A DNA stretch of 64,000 nucleotides from Obrimoposthia wandeli (GCA_977020255.1 CDROCS010001089.1:496001-560000), one strand, 5' to 3'; counted from the first letter of the stretch, positions 29,695 to 39,436 are shown. Notes: generated by a model from the letters alone, not told the origin. Made by a program: numbers and translations.

Positions 29695-32025
29695 TTATGA
29701 AATAGTTCTTTCTTCTCGATAGCCTAATTGTAGTTTCAACCAAGAGGAAAGTTCTTCAGCGGGTTTAGGTTTACTAATAAAGTAGCCCTGCGCTTTTTCG
29801 CAGCCATTCCTTTTTAGCCAATCTAAGGCGAATTGATCTTCTATTCCTTCAGCAACAACGGTTAATCCCATATTGTGGGCAAGTTCGATTGTAGAGCGGA
29901 CAATGATCTGGTCATCAAGGTCGTGCTCTAAGCGCTGCACAAAAGATTTATCAATTTTAAGCTCATGCACAGGCAGCTGCTTTAATTGTGCAAGAGATGA
30001 GTAACCGGTTCCATAGTCATCAATAGATAAAAATATACCTAGGTTTTTGAATTTCCTAAGTAGCTCAATGGCTGATTTTGGATCATCTACTACCGCGCTT
30101 TCAGTAACTTCTAACGTGAGTCTATTCGCGTTAACATCCGCTGTTTTTAATGATAGGCGAACAAAATCAAAAAAAGCAGGGTCGCGAAAATTTTCTGCTG
30201 AAATATTGATGGCTATATTGATATCCATTCCCATTGCTAGCCAGCGGCTGTATTGCTTAATCGCCGTTCTTAATACCCAACAGGTTAAATCATTAATTTG
30301 CCCTGTTTGCTCAGCAACTGGAATAAAATCATCAGGTGGAATCATCCCCAATGACGGATGTTGCCAGCGTACCAACGCTTCCATATGCGTGATCACTCCA
30401 GATTTAAGGTCCATCTTGGGTTGGTAATACAGTATTAACTGATCGCCACTAACAGCATTTTTAAAATCATTGATTAAACTTAAACGCTCAATAGAATTAG
30501 TATCAAATTCGGCATCGTACACTTGTGTTGGCTGGCGGTTCTTACGCGTTTGATGCAAGGCTGTATCAGCCATTTGCAGTAAAATATCGACCTTACTTGT
30601 ATGTTCTGGGTAGAGTGCAATACCCATGCGTACTTGTAGTTGAAAGCAGAAGCAATCATGATCAAAAGGAGCTTTCAGTTGTTGTTGTACACTAGATATC
30701 AATTCTGAGAGGTTGCACTTATCACGCTGTTGGCTAATTAAAGTAAACTCATCACCACCCATGTGATAAGCTTTTTTAAAGCCTGGCGTATCGTTTAATC
30801 GCAATGCGGCCTCTTTGATAATTTGATCACCCACTTCGTGACCTAATGTATCATTAACATCTTTTAAACGACTTAAATTTAAATGAAAGATAGTAAAACA
30901 ATCATTGGTGCTAGACATTGCACGTAGATCATTGAGTAACATATTGCGATTTGGCAAATCAGTGAGTGGGTCGTAATTTACACTGTGCTGTAAAGCATTT
31001 TCACGCGATAGCACTGCGTTTTGCATAACATTAAACTCATTCGCTAACTGACCTAATTCACTTTTATCGCGCAGCTTTATACCTTGCGAATAATCTCCAA
31101 GCGCCACGGTTTTTACTTGTTTGACCAGTATTTTAATTGGTTTAGTGATAGAAGCTGCTACTAAGTAGGCGCCAGCTAAAGAAAATACTAACGTCGATAA
31201 AATAAGCAATAGCAGCTTTCCCCACTGCTTTTGTAAAACTTCGACCAAATCTGCTCTTAGGCCATACATAGCGACCCCAAATTGGTTGTCGTCAAAACTG
31301 CTGATCAACTGACTTTGAGCAATATAATGCTGCGGAATTTCACCTTTGACGATTTTTTTCGCTAAACTCAATTGCGCATTGTAGGCGGAGGAGGCAACCA
31401 GCTCCCATTCTTTAGTATCACGTAGAATGAAAATAGTTTCTAAACCGGTAATTTCTTTATATTTGACGGCTAAGCTGTGGTCAATTTGAAAACCAAAACC
31501 GACCCACCCTAATACCTTTGAGCCCACTTGGATAGGAGATAAACTGAGTTGATAGAGCGCACCGTTAAGTTTGTACAAATGCTCTAATGACTGATTTTTA
31601 TTGAGCCAAGAAATATATTCAAACTGTGAGTTTGTCTCTTTGCCGCGCTTTATTTTTCTATCAGCGCCTTCGCCAGTGGCAATAAGTTGAGCGCTGATAA
31701 GGCCGTTTTCGGTAATAGACATAACTAAATCAGCATTAATACGCTTGCGATGGTTGTTTAGGGCCACCAATAAACTGCGCCTATCTTCGTTAAATACTTG
31801 TTTAATACCGTAATCTTTAGAAGCAGTGGTGGAAAATGCTCTTAAGTATTTACTACGGCTATCGAATAATTCAGTAAATATGGTTTTTGCGGTGTTTAAA
31901 CGATTGCTTATCTCTTGAGCTTCTTGGTTGTTTTTACCAGACAATACTGTCCATACACCTATTAGTTGTACCAATAAGAGCAGTAAAACGAAGAATAAAA
32001 ATATTTTATTCTGTAAGCTTTTCAT
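29695..32025 (-). CDS. Membrane sensor: periplasmic domain-HAMP-GGDEF-EAL (likely c-di-GMP phosphodiesterase)
   Basis: Two TMs, HAMP (KPIKIL...ELGQLANEFNVM), YDPLTDLPNR...MGGDEF, and EAL with MEALVRW, LEVTES, DDYGTGYSSL, LKIDKSF, AEGIE, QGYFISKP. Confidence 0.92.
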   Translation of the reverse strand: MKSLQNKIFLFFVLLLLLVQLIGVWTVLSGKNNQEAQEISNRLNTAKTIFTELFDSRSKYLRAFSTTASKDYGIKQVFNEDRRSLLVALNNHRKRINADLVMSITENGLISAQLIATGEGADRKIKRGKETNSQFEYISWLNKNQSLEHLYKLNGALYQLSLSPIQVGSKVLGWVGFGFQIDHSLAVKYKEITGLETIFILRDTKEWELVASSAYNAQLSLAKKIVKGEIPQHYIAQSQLISSFDDNQFGVAMYGLRADLVEVLQKQWGKLLLLILSTLVFSLAGAYLVAASITKPIKILVKQVKTVALGDYSQGIKLRDKSELGQLANEFNVMQNAVLSRENALQHSVNYDPLTDLPNRNMLLNDLRAMSSTNDCFTIFHLNLSRLKDVNDTLGHEVGDQIIKEAALRLNDTPGFKKAYHMGGDEFTLISQQRDKCNLSELISSVQQQLKAPFDHDCFCFQLQVRMGIALYPEHTSKVDILLQMADTALHQTRKNRQPTQVYDAEFDTNSIERLSLINDFKNAVSGDQLILYYQPKMDLKSGVITHMEALVRWQHPSLGMIPPDDFIPVAEQTGQINDLTCWVLRTAIKQYSRWLAMGMDINIAINISAENFRDPAFFDFVRLSLKTADVNANRLTLEVTESAVVDDPKSAIELLRKFKNLGIFLSIDDYGTGYSSLAQLKQLPVHELKIDKSFVQRLEHDLDDQIIVRSTIELAHNMGLTVVAEGIEDQFALDWLKRNGCEKAQGYFISKPKPAEELSSWLKLQLGYREERTIS

Positions 32026-32037
32026 TAAAAAATAATC

Positions 32038-32703
32038 CTAATAATCCGAAAGGAAATCAAAGTCGTCATCGCTTTTTTGTTCGGGAATTTCGTCCATTTT
32101 CTGAGATAAGCTCATCACTATTTCTTGGTCTTTAGCAATGTTAATTTCTTTGTTTATCCTATTGTTTTTCGTATTTATTTGCGGGTGCCAAACTATAATT
32201 TTGTAGCGCCCACTGCCTTTAATGTCTAAATTAGCCTGCCCTTTTGCGTTCGTTTTAGTAAAATAAGGCGTGTCTAAAACTAATAGGTAACCACTCATCC
32301 AGTCATGCACGTTACAGCCCATTACTATTTCATTAGATTGTGCTAATTTGGGTTGTTTCACTTCTTGGCCAGGGCGAATTAAAAAAGCGAATTTTCTGGG
32401 GCCACCGGCAGAGTAAATATGGTGGGTAATGTCATCTTTGTTACTAAAAACGATTGAATTACCTGTTTGGGCAACACTGATGTAAGGGGTAAAAGATTTT
32501 TTTGCTTGAGAGATGATGATGTTCTTATTAGTTTTCCCTAAAGGTTGCTGCTCAAGTGGTTCAGCATAAACTACTACATCAGCTAAATTAACGCCGCTAC
32601 TATCTTTAACAATCACGGATAGTGCGCTAGCTACATTAACATGGAATAAAAACGCGGCTGCTAGGAAAAAACGCCAAGTTGTTGTCCTCATAAAAACCCC
32701 CAA
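32038..32703 (-). CDS. Exported cupredoxin-like protein (often labelled 'methylamine utilization protein')
   Basis: Signal peptide, SQAKKSFTPY, FSNKDDITHHIYS, GCNVHDWMSGYLLVLDTPYF and WHP; putative type-1 Cu ligands H94/95, C130, H133, M136. Confidence 0.78.
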   Translation of the reverse strand: MGVFMRTTTWRFFLAAAFLFHVNVASALSVIVKDSSGVNLADVVVYAEPLEQQPLGKTNKNIIISQAKKSFTPYISVAQTGNSIVFSNKDDITHHIYSAGGPRKFAFLIRPGQEVKQPKLAQSNEIVMGCNVHDWMSGYLLVLDTPYFTKTNAKGQANLDIKGSGRYKIIVWHPQINTKNNRINKEINIAKDQEIVMSLSQKMDEIPEQKSDDDFDFLSDY

Positions 32704-33519
32704 TCTTTATTAATTTACAATGTACCATTTTAGCTTTTTAAAAAGGAGTTGTGCATTTAAAAACGGTTAAATTATCTTTAAAAGCTATCGTACAACAATA
32801 TAACCATGGCAGATGAATGAAATATTAATACATTTGCTTAGGATTCGTTTCTAAACATGAATCACCATGCAAAATAACTGTATTGTGCAAATGTAAATTC
32901 ACTCGGTGTTGGCTGATTTCACAGTAACAATGAGTTGCCATCTTTAAGTTTAGAAAAATACAGGAGTATTACTTTGTCGTTTATTCATCATAAATACAAC
33001 AAATAATAGACTACTTACCCCGAGTTTTATAAAAACGCAGTTTGTTAAACCTATTTAAGTTTAGCAAGTTACTATCAACCGAGTAATAAGAATGGTTTGT
33101 AGACAAGTTACATCTTTTTCGTCTAATAGTAACTCAGCATTTATTGATCGAGAGCATGCTTATGGTAATTATCAGCTGTTAATATCATTAAATATTCTTG
33201 GTTCACGGCTTGTTAAGAGTAAAGGTAATAGTGTTGTTAGTTTTATTAGAATATATGATTTCAGTAAATTAAGCACAGCAGTTTATAAGGGATCATCAAC
33301 GAAGAGTCATCGGTCAAAATTTACGGTTAGACTATATATGGCTATGAAAATTTTTTATACAACTGCTAAGAGCTAAGCCGGCGTTTACAGTTTTAACCGC
33401 TCTCAACGCTGAATGTCGGACTCGTTTAAAGGTGCAAAGCAGGATCTTTACGTTTTAACCGCACCGTTATACTTACAATTACGCGCACCACTTATTGAAA
33501 ATATTCATTTGGATTTAAA

Positions 33520-36024
33520 TTGACTTTATTTTGCGACCAACTTTTTATTAGAGATATTGCCCAGCGTAACGTTGCTAGCTGTGCACCTACTCTACCCATT
33601 AAAGACGCTGCTAAGATGATGCATAGACGGCGCTGTAGTTCTATTGTCATTGTTGATGATGGATACCCAGTCGGTATTTGGACAGAAGCTGAGGCACTTA
33701 AGCTCAATTACAGTCAAATTAAAGATGCAAATCGGCCTATAAATAGCGTGATGAACGATCAGATTTGTACTGTTGACGCTGGTTTAGAAGTGAGCCAAGT
33801 TGCGCTAAAGTTTAAAATATTGAACACGACACATTTAGTTGTTTTAAATCATGATAAAACAATGTTTGGCATCATTAGCCAAACAGATATGGTAGTTAAC
33901 CAAGATGCTAATAATTTTTTAACTATCGTTGAATTAGGCGCCGTTAAAAGCACCCAGGCACCTTGTATGGATAGCGACACCCCTATTAGTGATATTGTTG
34001 ATAATATGCGCCGTTTTCAATGTGATGCATTGATTATTAACTGTAAAGGCAAATCACAAGGAATTGTTACTACCCGAAATTTAGTGCGCGCGATCTCTTT
34101 AAGTCAAACGCAACAAGCGGTTAGCTGTATTATGAGTCAATCATTGATAAGTGCTCCAGCATCAATGAATTTACTGGCTGTTCGTTCGTTGATGGTCGAA
34201 AAACAAATTAGGCACATTGGGGTTGAAAATGAACAGGGAGTGGCTTACAAGCTCATCTCATTTTCAGATATTTTAGTCAGCATAGATCACAGTTACAATA
34301 CAAGATTACACTTGTCATTAGAGCATAAAGAACTAAGACTGCAAGTTGCGGAACGCCACTTACATATCGCAAATGCTGTTATTAATGCTTCAAGTGATGG
34401 CATTATGATGACGAATGAAAAAGGCATTATTGTCTCTATCAACCCTGCTTACACTAAACTTACAGGCTACAGTTATGACGAAGCGGTTGGTCAGTCATCA
34501 AGTTTGACCAGTTCAGGAAAACATAATGCGCAGTTTTATCAGGATATGTGGCGAGAGATGGCTGATAAAGGGGTATGGCAGGGTGAAATATGGAACCGCA
34601 AAAAAAACGGAGAAATATATCCTGAATGGCTGACCATTAATAAAGTGTTAGAGCCTTATACTGGAAAAATAATGTATTCAGGGGTTTTTAGCGATGTTTC
34701 TGAGGCTAAAAAATCAAAGGAAACTATTGAAAATTTAGCGTATTACGACCCTCTCACCGAATTACCTAATCGCCAATTACTGCTAGATAGATTAGATGTT
34801 GCTATTAACTTAGCGCAACAAGAAGAATTTAAGCTATCTGTATTATTGATAGATATAGATAACTTTAAACAGATCAACGATTCATTAGGGCATTTAGTGG
34901 GCGATAACGTACTCAAAGAAGTCGCGCTAAGGTTGAACGATAGTATTACGCCTGGTCGAACTTTAGCGCGTATTGGTGGTGATGAGTTCATTGTATTATT
35001 TAACTATCAGAATATTAATCAAGTTTCAGATAAAGCGCAGCGTTTGTTAGATTCACTGAAGGTTCCCGTACAAGTGAATGATAGTAAATTTCTGCTAACG
35101 TTAAGTATTGGCTGCGTGCTCTACCCTAATGATGGCGAGAACCAAACTGATTTGATAAAGAATGCTGAAACGGCGATGTATAGAGCTAAAGCACAAGGGC
35201 GCAATAGGTTTTGTATGTATTCTCCGGATATGAATGCTCAGCATAAAGAGCGCTTATTGATGGAGTATCAGTTAAGGGAGGCATTAAAGAATCAAGAATT
35301 CCAGCTTTTGTATCAGCCAAAAGTGTGTCTAAAAAAAGATAAGATAGTCGGTTTAGAGGCGTTAATACGCTGGAATAACCGGGTATTAGGGAGCGTATTA
35401 CCCGATCAATTTATCTATCTTGCTGAAAACCTTGGCTTGATACCAGATATAGGCCATTGGGTTATCCGTGAAGCGATAGAGCAGGCCGCGTTGCTGCAAC
35501 CCTTAGCTAAAGAACCTATTGTCATCTCTGTTAATGTATCGGCTAAACAATTCATCAAAAATCAGCTGGTAGATCAGGTAAAACAAGCGCTTAGCGATTT
35601 TAATTTTGATCCTAAATTGCTAGACATTGAAGTGACAGAAAGCTGCTTAATTGATAATGTGTCTTTAGCTTGTGAAAATTTACAAACTTTAAGAGCTTTA
35701 GGCGTGCAAGTATCACTAGATGATTTTGGCACAGGTTATTCAAGTTTGAGTAAACTAAATCAACTGCCTTTAGACACACTAAAAATAGATCGCAGTTTTA
35801 TTAATGAAGTGCCAGGCAAGCAAGCATCACAAGCTTTGGTATCTACTATTATATTTTTAGCTCATCAGCTTAATTTAAAAGTGGTTGCTGAAGGTGTTGA
35901 GAACAGTAAACAACAGCAGTTTTTAAAAGAATTAGATTGCGAGCAAATGCAAGGTTACTATTTCAGTAAGCCGGTTAGAATCGAGAAAATTTACGCCATG
36001 CTTGAAAAGCAAAAAACGCATTAA
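33520..36024 (+). CDS. Cytoplasmic CBS(x4)-PAS-GGDEF-EAL protein
   Basis: Two CBS pairs (VGIWTEAEA, GIISQTD, GIVTTRN, LISFSD), PAS (SINPAYTKLTGY, WQGEIWNRKKNGEIYPEW), ARIGGDEF, and GLEALIRW...DDFGTGYSSL...AEGVE...QGYYFSKP. Confidence 0.92.
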   Translation: MTLFCDQLFIRDIAQRNVASCAPTLPIKDAAKMMHRRRCSSIVIVDDGYPVGIWTEAEALKLNYSQIKDANRPINSVMNDQICTVDAGLEVSQVALKFKILNTTHLVVLNHDKTMFGIISQTDMVVNQDANNFLTIVELGAVKSTQAPCMDSDTPISDIVDNMRRFQCDALIINCKGKSQGIVTTRNLVRAISLSQTQQAVSCIMSQSLISAPASMNLLAVRSLMVEKQIRHIGVENEQGVAYKLISFSDILVSIDHSYNTRLHLSLEHKELRLQVAERHLHIANAVINASSDGIMMTNEKGIIVSINPAYTKLTGYSYDEAVGQSSSLTSSGKHNAQFYQDMWREMADKGVWQGEIWNRKKNGEIYPEWLTINKVLEPYTGKIMYSGVFSDVSEAKKSKETIENLAYYDPLTELPNRQLLLDRLDVAINLAQQEEFKLSVLLIDIDNFKQINDSLGHLVGDNVLKEVALRLNDSITPGRTLARIGGDEFIVLFNYQNINQVSDKAQRLLDSLKVPVQVNDSKFLLTLSIGCVLYPNDGENQTDLIKNAETAMYRAKAQGRNRFCMYSPDMNAQHKERLLMEYQLREALKNQEFQLLYQPKVCLKKDKIVGLEALIRWNNRVLGSVLPDQFIYLAENLGLIPDIGHWVIREAIEQAALLQPLAKEPIVISVNVSAKQFIKNQLVDQVKQALSDFNFDPKLLDIEVTESCLIDNVSLACENLQTLRALGVQVSLDDFGTGYSSLSKLNQLPLDTLKIDRSFINEVPGKQASQALVSTIIFLAHQLNLKVVAEGVENSKQQQFLKELDCEQMQGYYFSKPVRIEKIYAMLEKQKTH

Positions 36025-36327
36025 CTATTAGTGTTTAAATAGCTTGCCTTAGTCTGCTCGTTATTCGGTGTGTTGATTGTTAAAAATAACATATTAATAA
36101 GTTAGCATCTAATTGAATAATTAAGTGGCGCAATTAGTGAGGCAGGGGGAGAGCGTTACATTTTGTGTAAGAGAGTGATTCAGGGCGAAGGTTATCAATG
36201 GGCGTTACAAGATTCGCGCCACGTATTGCAGATCTTTACGATATTTGAATGTTACACTAAGATTCGGATCAAAGCCCAGCAGCATCACTTATCTTTAGCA
36301 GATAATGGATAGCCACTGCCCGTATAA

Positions 36328-37230
36328 TTATTGCTGTGATAACCAACGCATCACAGTGGCTATAGCGACATCTTGATTGTTGGGATGATGGTTAAGAAGA
36401 TAGTAGCCGTAATCAGGGCGCTCAACTTGTGGGCCAACTACCATCAATGCACCACTATCAATAAAATGTTGTACTAAACCTCTAGTACCAAGCACGACAC
36501 CTTCACCTGCTCGCGCACGTTCAATCAGTAATGGATAATTGAGATAGTGACCCACTAGGCGGCTACTAGGTGCTGGAATATTTTGCAGAGCAAACCATTT
36601 ATCCCAAGTAAGCCAATCGTGATTACCTTCATCATAGCAAAGTAGCCAAGCGGCTTTAAATGCTTTGGCACTGCTTTGAGCCGATAAATTATGACGTGCT
36701 GCAAATTCTGGGCTGGCTAAAGGAACACAGTACTCGGGAATTATCCGTACACCTTGTGAATAAATACCAAAACGGATCGATAAATCAACATTGTTACGGT
36801 AGTAGTCTCGGTAGCGCTCAGCGGTAAATAAACTTAGATCTAACTTTGGGTCTAGCTCATTAAGGCCCGCTAAACGCGGCAGTAACCATAAATGAGTGAC
36901 ACTGATAGAACAGCCTAAAACGACGGATTTATAACCGGTTTGGCGCAGTTGCTGCACTGTATCGCGTAAATCGTCAAATGCTTTATCAGCACTTTGCGCG
37001 AGTATTTTTCCTGCAGAGGTTAATTGCGCTGAGTTAACGCCTCGATCAAACAAACGTACTCCTAACCAATCTTCTAGCAGCGCCACATGGCGAGTGATAG
37101 AAGGTTGCGCTACCCCTAAGCTTTTAGCTGCCTGGGTAAAGCCACCACAGCGCGCAGCATGACTAAAAGCAACCAGAGCATTGAGGGGTGGCAAAGTATC
37201 TGAGTTTGCCATTTGTGATTTGATCGCCAT
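36328..37230 (-). CDS. LysR-family transcriptional regulator (GcvA-like)
   Basis: LPPLNALVAFSHAARCGGFTQAAKSLGVAQPSITRHVALLEDWLGVRLF HTH, WLLPRL, DLSIRFG. Confidence 0.93.
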   Translation of the reverse strand: MAIKSQMANSDTLPPLNALVAFSHAARCGGFTQAAKSLGVAQPSITRHVALLEDWLGVRLFDRGVNSAQLTSAGKILAQSADKAFDDLRDTVQQLRQTGYKSVVLGCSISVTHLWLLPRLAGLNELDPKLDLSLFTAERYRDYYRNNVDLSIRFGIYSQGVRIIPEYCVPLASPEFAARHNLSAQSSAKAFKAAWLLCYDEGNHDWLTWDKWFALQNIPAPSSRLVGHYLNYPLLIERARAGEGVVLGTRGLVQHFIDSGALMVVGPQVERPDYGYYLLNHHPNNQDVAIATVMRWLSQQ

Positions 37231-37244
37231 AACAATAACCTATG
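37228..37244. promoter_or_regulatory. Putative LysR T-N11-A operator 1 (overlaps the LysR start codon)
   Basis: CATA-ACAATAACC-TATG dyad; its reverse complement matches operator 2 at 12/17. Confidence 0.45.
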
Positions 37245-37409
37245 CTGGAACAACATTAATGGGAGACTTTTAAATTACTCGGAATTGAGGTTAAATCCAT
37301 ATTCAACTTAATGCCAATCAGCAGTAAATAAGCATTGAAATGATTACTTTGTTTCATAGTGCCTCGTTTTACTGGCGTTGGCTAACTAAGTTTATAGCCA
37401 ACGTTCTGT

Positions 37410-37426
37410 CATAGGCAATAGGTATA
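37410..37426. promoter_or_regulatory. Putative LysR T-N11-A operator 2 (upstream of the MFS gene)
   Basis: CATAGGCAATAGGTATA, T-N11-A with dyad ends, about 90 bp before the MFS start. Confidence 0.4.
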
Positions 37427-37518
37427 GCATTTTACATTACTAGGCGTTAATTAAGCGTTTGCAATGCATAAAAAGTCACATTCCATGGCTAATACTGGTA
37501 ATAGCAAAGGACAAATAA

Positions 37519-38805
37519 GTGTCACAACTACTAAAGCAGGTCAGTGCATTATTATTAAGCTACGGGTGTCTGCTAATCGGTAGCGGCTTGTTTATGACGT
37601 TGTTAAGTTTACGTAGCTCATTAGAGGGCTTTTCAACGAGTACCACTGGTTTGATCATGAGTGGGTATTATATCGGGATTTTTCTCGGTGCACGCTGCAG
37701 CGCTTCGTTAGTGAGTCGAGTGGGTTATATTCGTACTTTTAGTGTTTTAGCATCAATAATTTCTATTACGCCTTTAGTGCATATGCTGTGGGTTGAACCC
37801 ATGGCATGGTTTATGTTTCGGATGATCACCGGCTTTGCCATGGCAGGATTAATAATGGTGACAGAAAGTTGGTTAAACACTGGCGTGGATAATCAACAGC
37901 GCGGTAGTTTATTAGGCATTTATATGGTGATTAATTATTTGGGGGCAGGGGCTGCACAACTGTTACTGCTTTTACACGATGTCAGTGGTTATCAATTATT
38001 TGTGATGTCATCTATTTGTTTTTCACTGTGTCTAATACCCGTAGCGCTTACCCATCATGCAGAGCCTACTCCAGAAGCTGCTCAAGCAATGAAGATACTA
38101 CCCACCTTGAAAAGAACACCTGTTGGTTTTTTCTGTGCGATGTGTGCGGGCTTCTTAGGAGCATCTTTTAATTCTATAGGGCCTATTTTTGCATTAAAAA
38201 TTGGCCTTTCAAATGAAGAAATAGTCTGGTTCATGGCATTGGGCATTTGTGGTGGATTAGTGCTGCAAAGTCCTATCGGTAAACTTTCCGATCGTATTGA
38301 TCGGCGTAAAGTTATCGCTTTGGTCGCGACATTGGTGGTGTTTAGTTGCCTGCTAATGCGCTGGCAAGTGATGCATAGCTCCCCTTTGTTCGCGCTATTG
38401 GCAGGGAGCTTTCTCTATGGCAGTTTAGCTTTTACTTTGTATTCTTTAGCGGCGGCACACGCCAACGATTGGGCGGGTAATGGTACGCGTATGCAAACCG
38501 CTGGAGCATTGCTTGTGGCATACAGTATTGGGGCTGTGATTGGGCCTATGCTCAGTGCGAGAGCTATGAGTTATTTGGGTGCGATAGGCTTGTTTGATCT
38601 CTTGGCATTAGGGGCTAGTGTTTTAGCGCTATTTAGCGTCTTTCAAATAGTTGGATTACGCCGCTATCGGCCACGTAGTAAGAAACAATTTGTACCTAGA
38701 CCTGGATCTTACTATACATCGGGAGAAATATATCGCGCTGTTCAGGCTGAATCAGAACCAGTGGAGGATCAAGTTGAAGACGTTGTACAGCCGATGAAAA
38801 AATAG
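37519..38805 (+). CDS. MFS transporter (YcaD-like)
   Basis: 12-TM pattern, RVGYIRTF, ESWLN, QSPIGKLSDRIDRRKVI, YSLAAAHAND, GAVIGP. Confidence 0.9.
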   Translation: MSQLLKQVSALLLSYGCLLIGSGLFMTLLSLRSSLEGFSTSTTGLIMSGYYIGIFLGARCSASLVSRVGYIRTFSVLASIISITPLVHMLWVEPMAWFMFRMITGFAMAGLIMVTESWLNTGVDNQQRGSLLGIYMVINYLGAGAAQLLLLLHDVSGYQLFVMSSICFSLCLIPVALTHHAEPTPEAAQAMKILPTLKRTPVGFFCAMCAGFLGASFNSIGPIFALKIGLSNEEIVWFMALGICGGLVLQSPIGKLSDRIDRRKVIALVATLVVFSCLLMRWQVMHSSPLFALLAGSFLYGSLAFTLYSLAAAHANDWAGNGTRMQTAGALLVAYSIGAVIGPMLSARAMSYLGAIGLFDLLALGASVLALFSVFQIVGLRRYRPRSKKQFVPRPGSYYTSGEIYRAVQAESEPVEDQVEDVVQPMKK

Positions 38806-38904
38806 CTTACAAAAATGTAAAGGTCGTTACAGCTTGGTGTCAGTGAGGGCGAGTATCTTAAAACGATGGCTGACACCATGTCATCCAACATATTAGAGGA
38901 TAAG

Positions 38905-39249
38905 ATGATGAGAAAAGTGGCTAAGATAATATTAGGTACTGCTTTTAGCGCTGTAGCACTGAGCTCCCTTGCAATTGCTGGCACCGATAATCAAATAACT
39001 AATTCTTTAACAGCTAAGTTAAGTACGGAGCAAGCTACGGTTTTAGCATTGCAAATGCACCCCGGCACTTTGCAAGAAATAGAGCTTGAAAGTGAAGATG
39101 GGAAAATGGTTTTTGATATAGAAATAGCGACACAAGATGGAGAGGTTGAGTTGTTACTCGATGCAAACACCGGTGAATTGTTGGCAATGGAAAAGGAAAA
39201 TGACCACGAACAGGAAAGTGAAGAGAGTGACGACAAAGATGATGTTTAA
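38905..39249 (+). CDS. Secreted PepSY-domain protein
   Basis: GAGGA RBS, signal peptide, ALQMHPGTLQEIELESEDGKMVFDIEI...LDANTGELL, acidic tail. Confidence 0.85.
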   Translation: MMRKVAKIILGTAFSAVALSSLAIAGTDNQITNSLTAKLSTEQATVLALQMHPGTLQEIELESEDGKMVFDIEIATQDGEVELLLDANTGELLAMEKENDHEQESEESDDKDDV

Positions 39250-39318
39250 TAATAATTCAACGTGTTGTTAATTAAAGTAAGGTTCTTACTATTACAGTAG
39301 GAGCCTTACAAATTATTC

Positions 39319-39372
39319 CATTGCAGTGCGGTTAAAAAATATAAACCCCTAACTCATTGGTTTGTGGTTTTC
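39319..39372. mobile_element. MITE family A, degenerate terminal fragment
   Basis: CATTGCAGTGCGGTTAAAAAATATAAACCCCTAACTCATTGGTTTGTGGTTTTC aligns to the first ~56 nt of the copy at 56606. Confidence 0.65.
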
Positions 39373-39436
39373 AGTTATTAATAAATCGACATTCACCAGC
39401 GAAATGACACTTTTCGATAACGTAAAATCAATGATA

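Noticed and set aside
32038-32703. Literal 'methylamine utilization' function
   Set aside because: No methylamine dehydrogenase (mau) genes are in the window; the context points to signalling instead.
33092-33376. 94-aa plus-strand ORF in the large intergenic region
   Set aside because: No recognisable motif, no clear RBS, and low-complexity Ser/Lys-rich composition expected from AT-rich DNA; treated as spurious pending expression data.
33361-33480. Possible c-di-GMP-I riboswitch (GGTGCAAAGC resembles the GCAAAGC core)
   Set aside because: The GNRA tetraloop/receptor and P1 pairing could not be built by eye; only an Infernal scan could rescue it.
36025-36327. Three GTTACA hexamers and a short ORF in the spacer between convergent genes
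   Set aside because: It lies downstream of both flanking genes, spacing is irregular and no convincing structure or coding signal was found.
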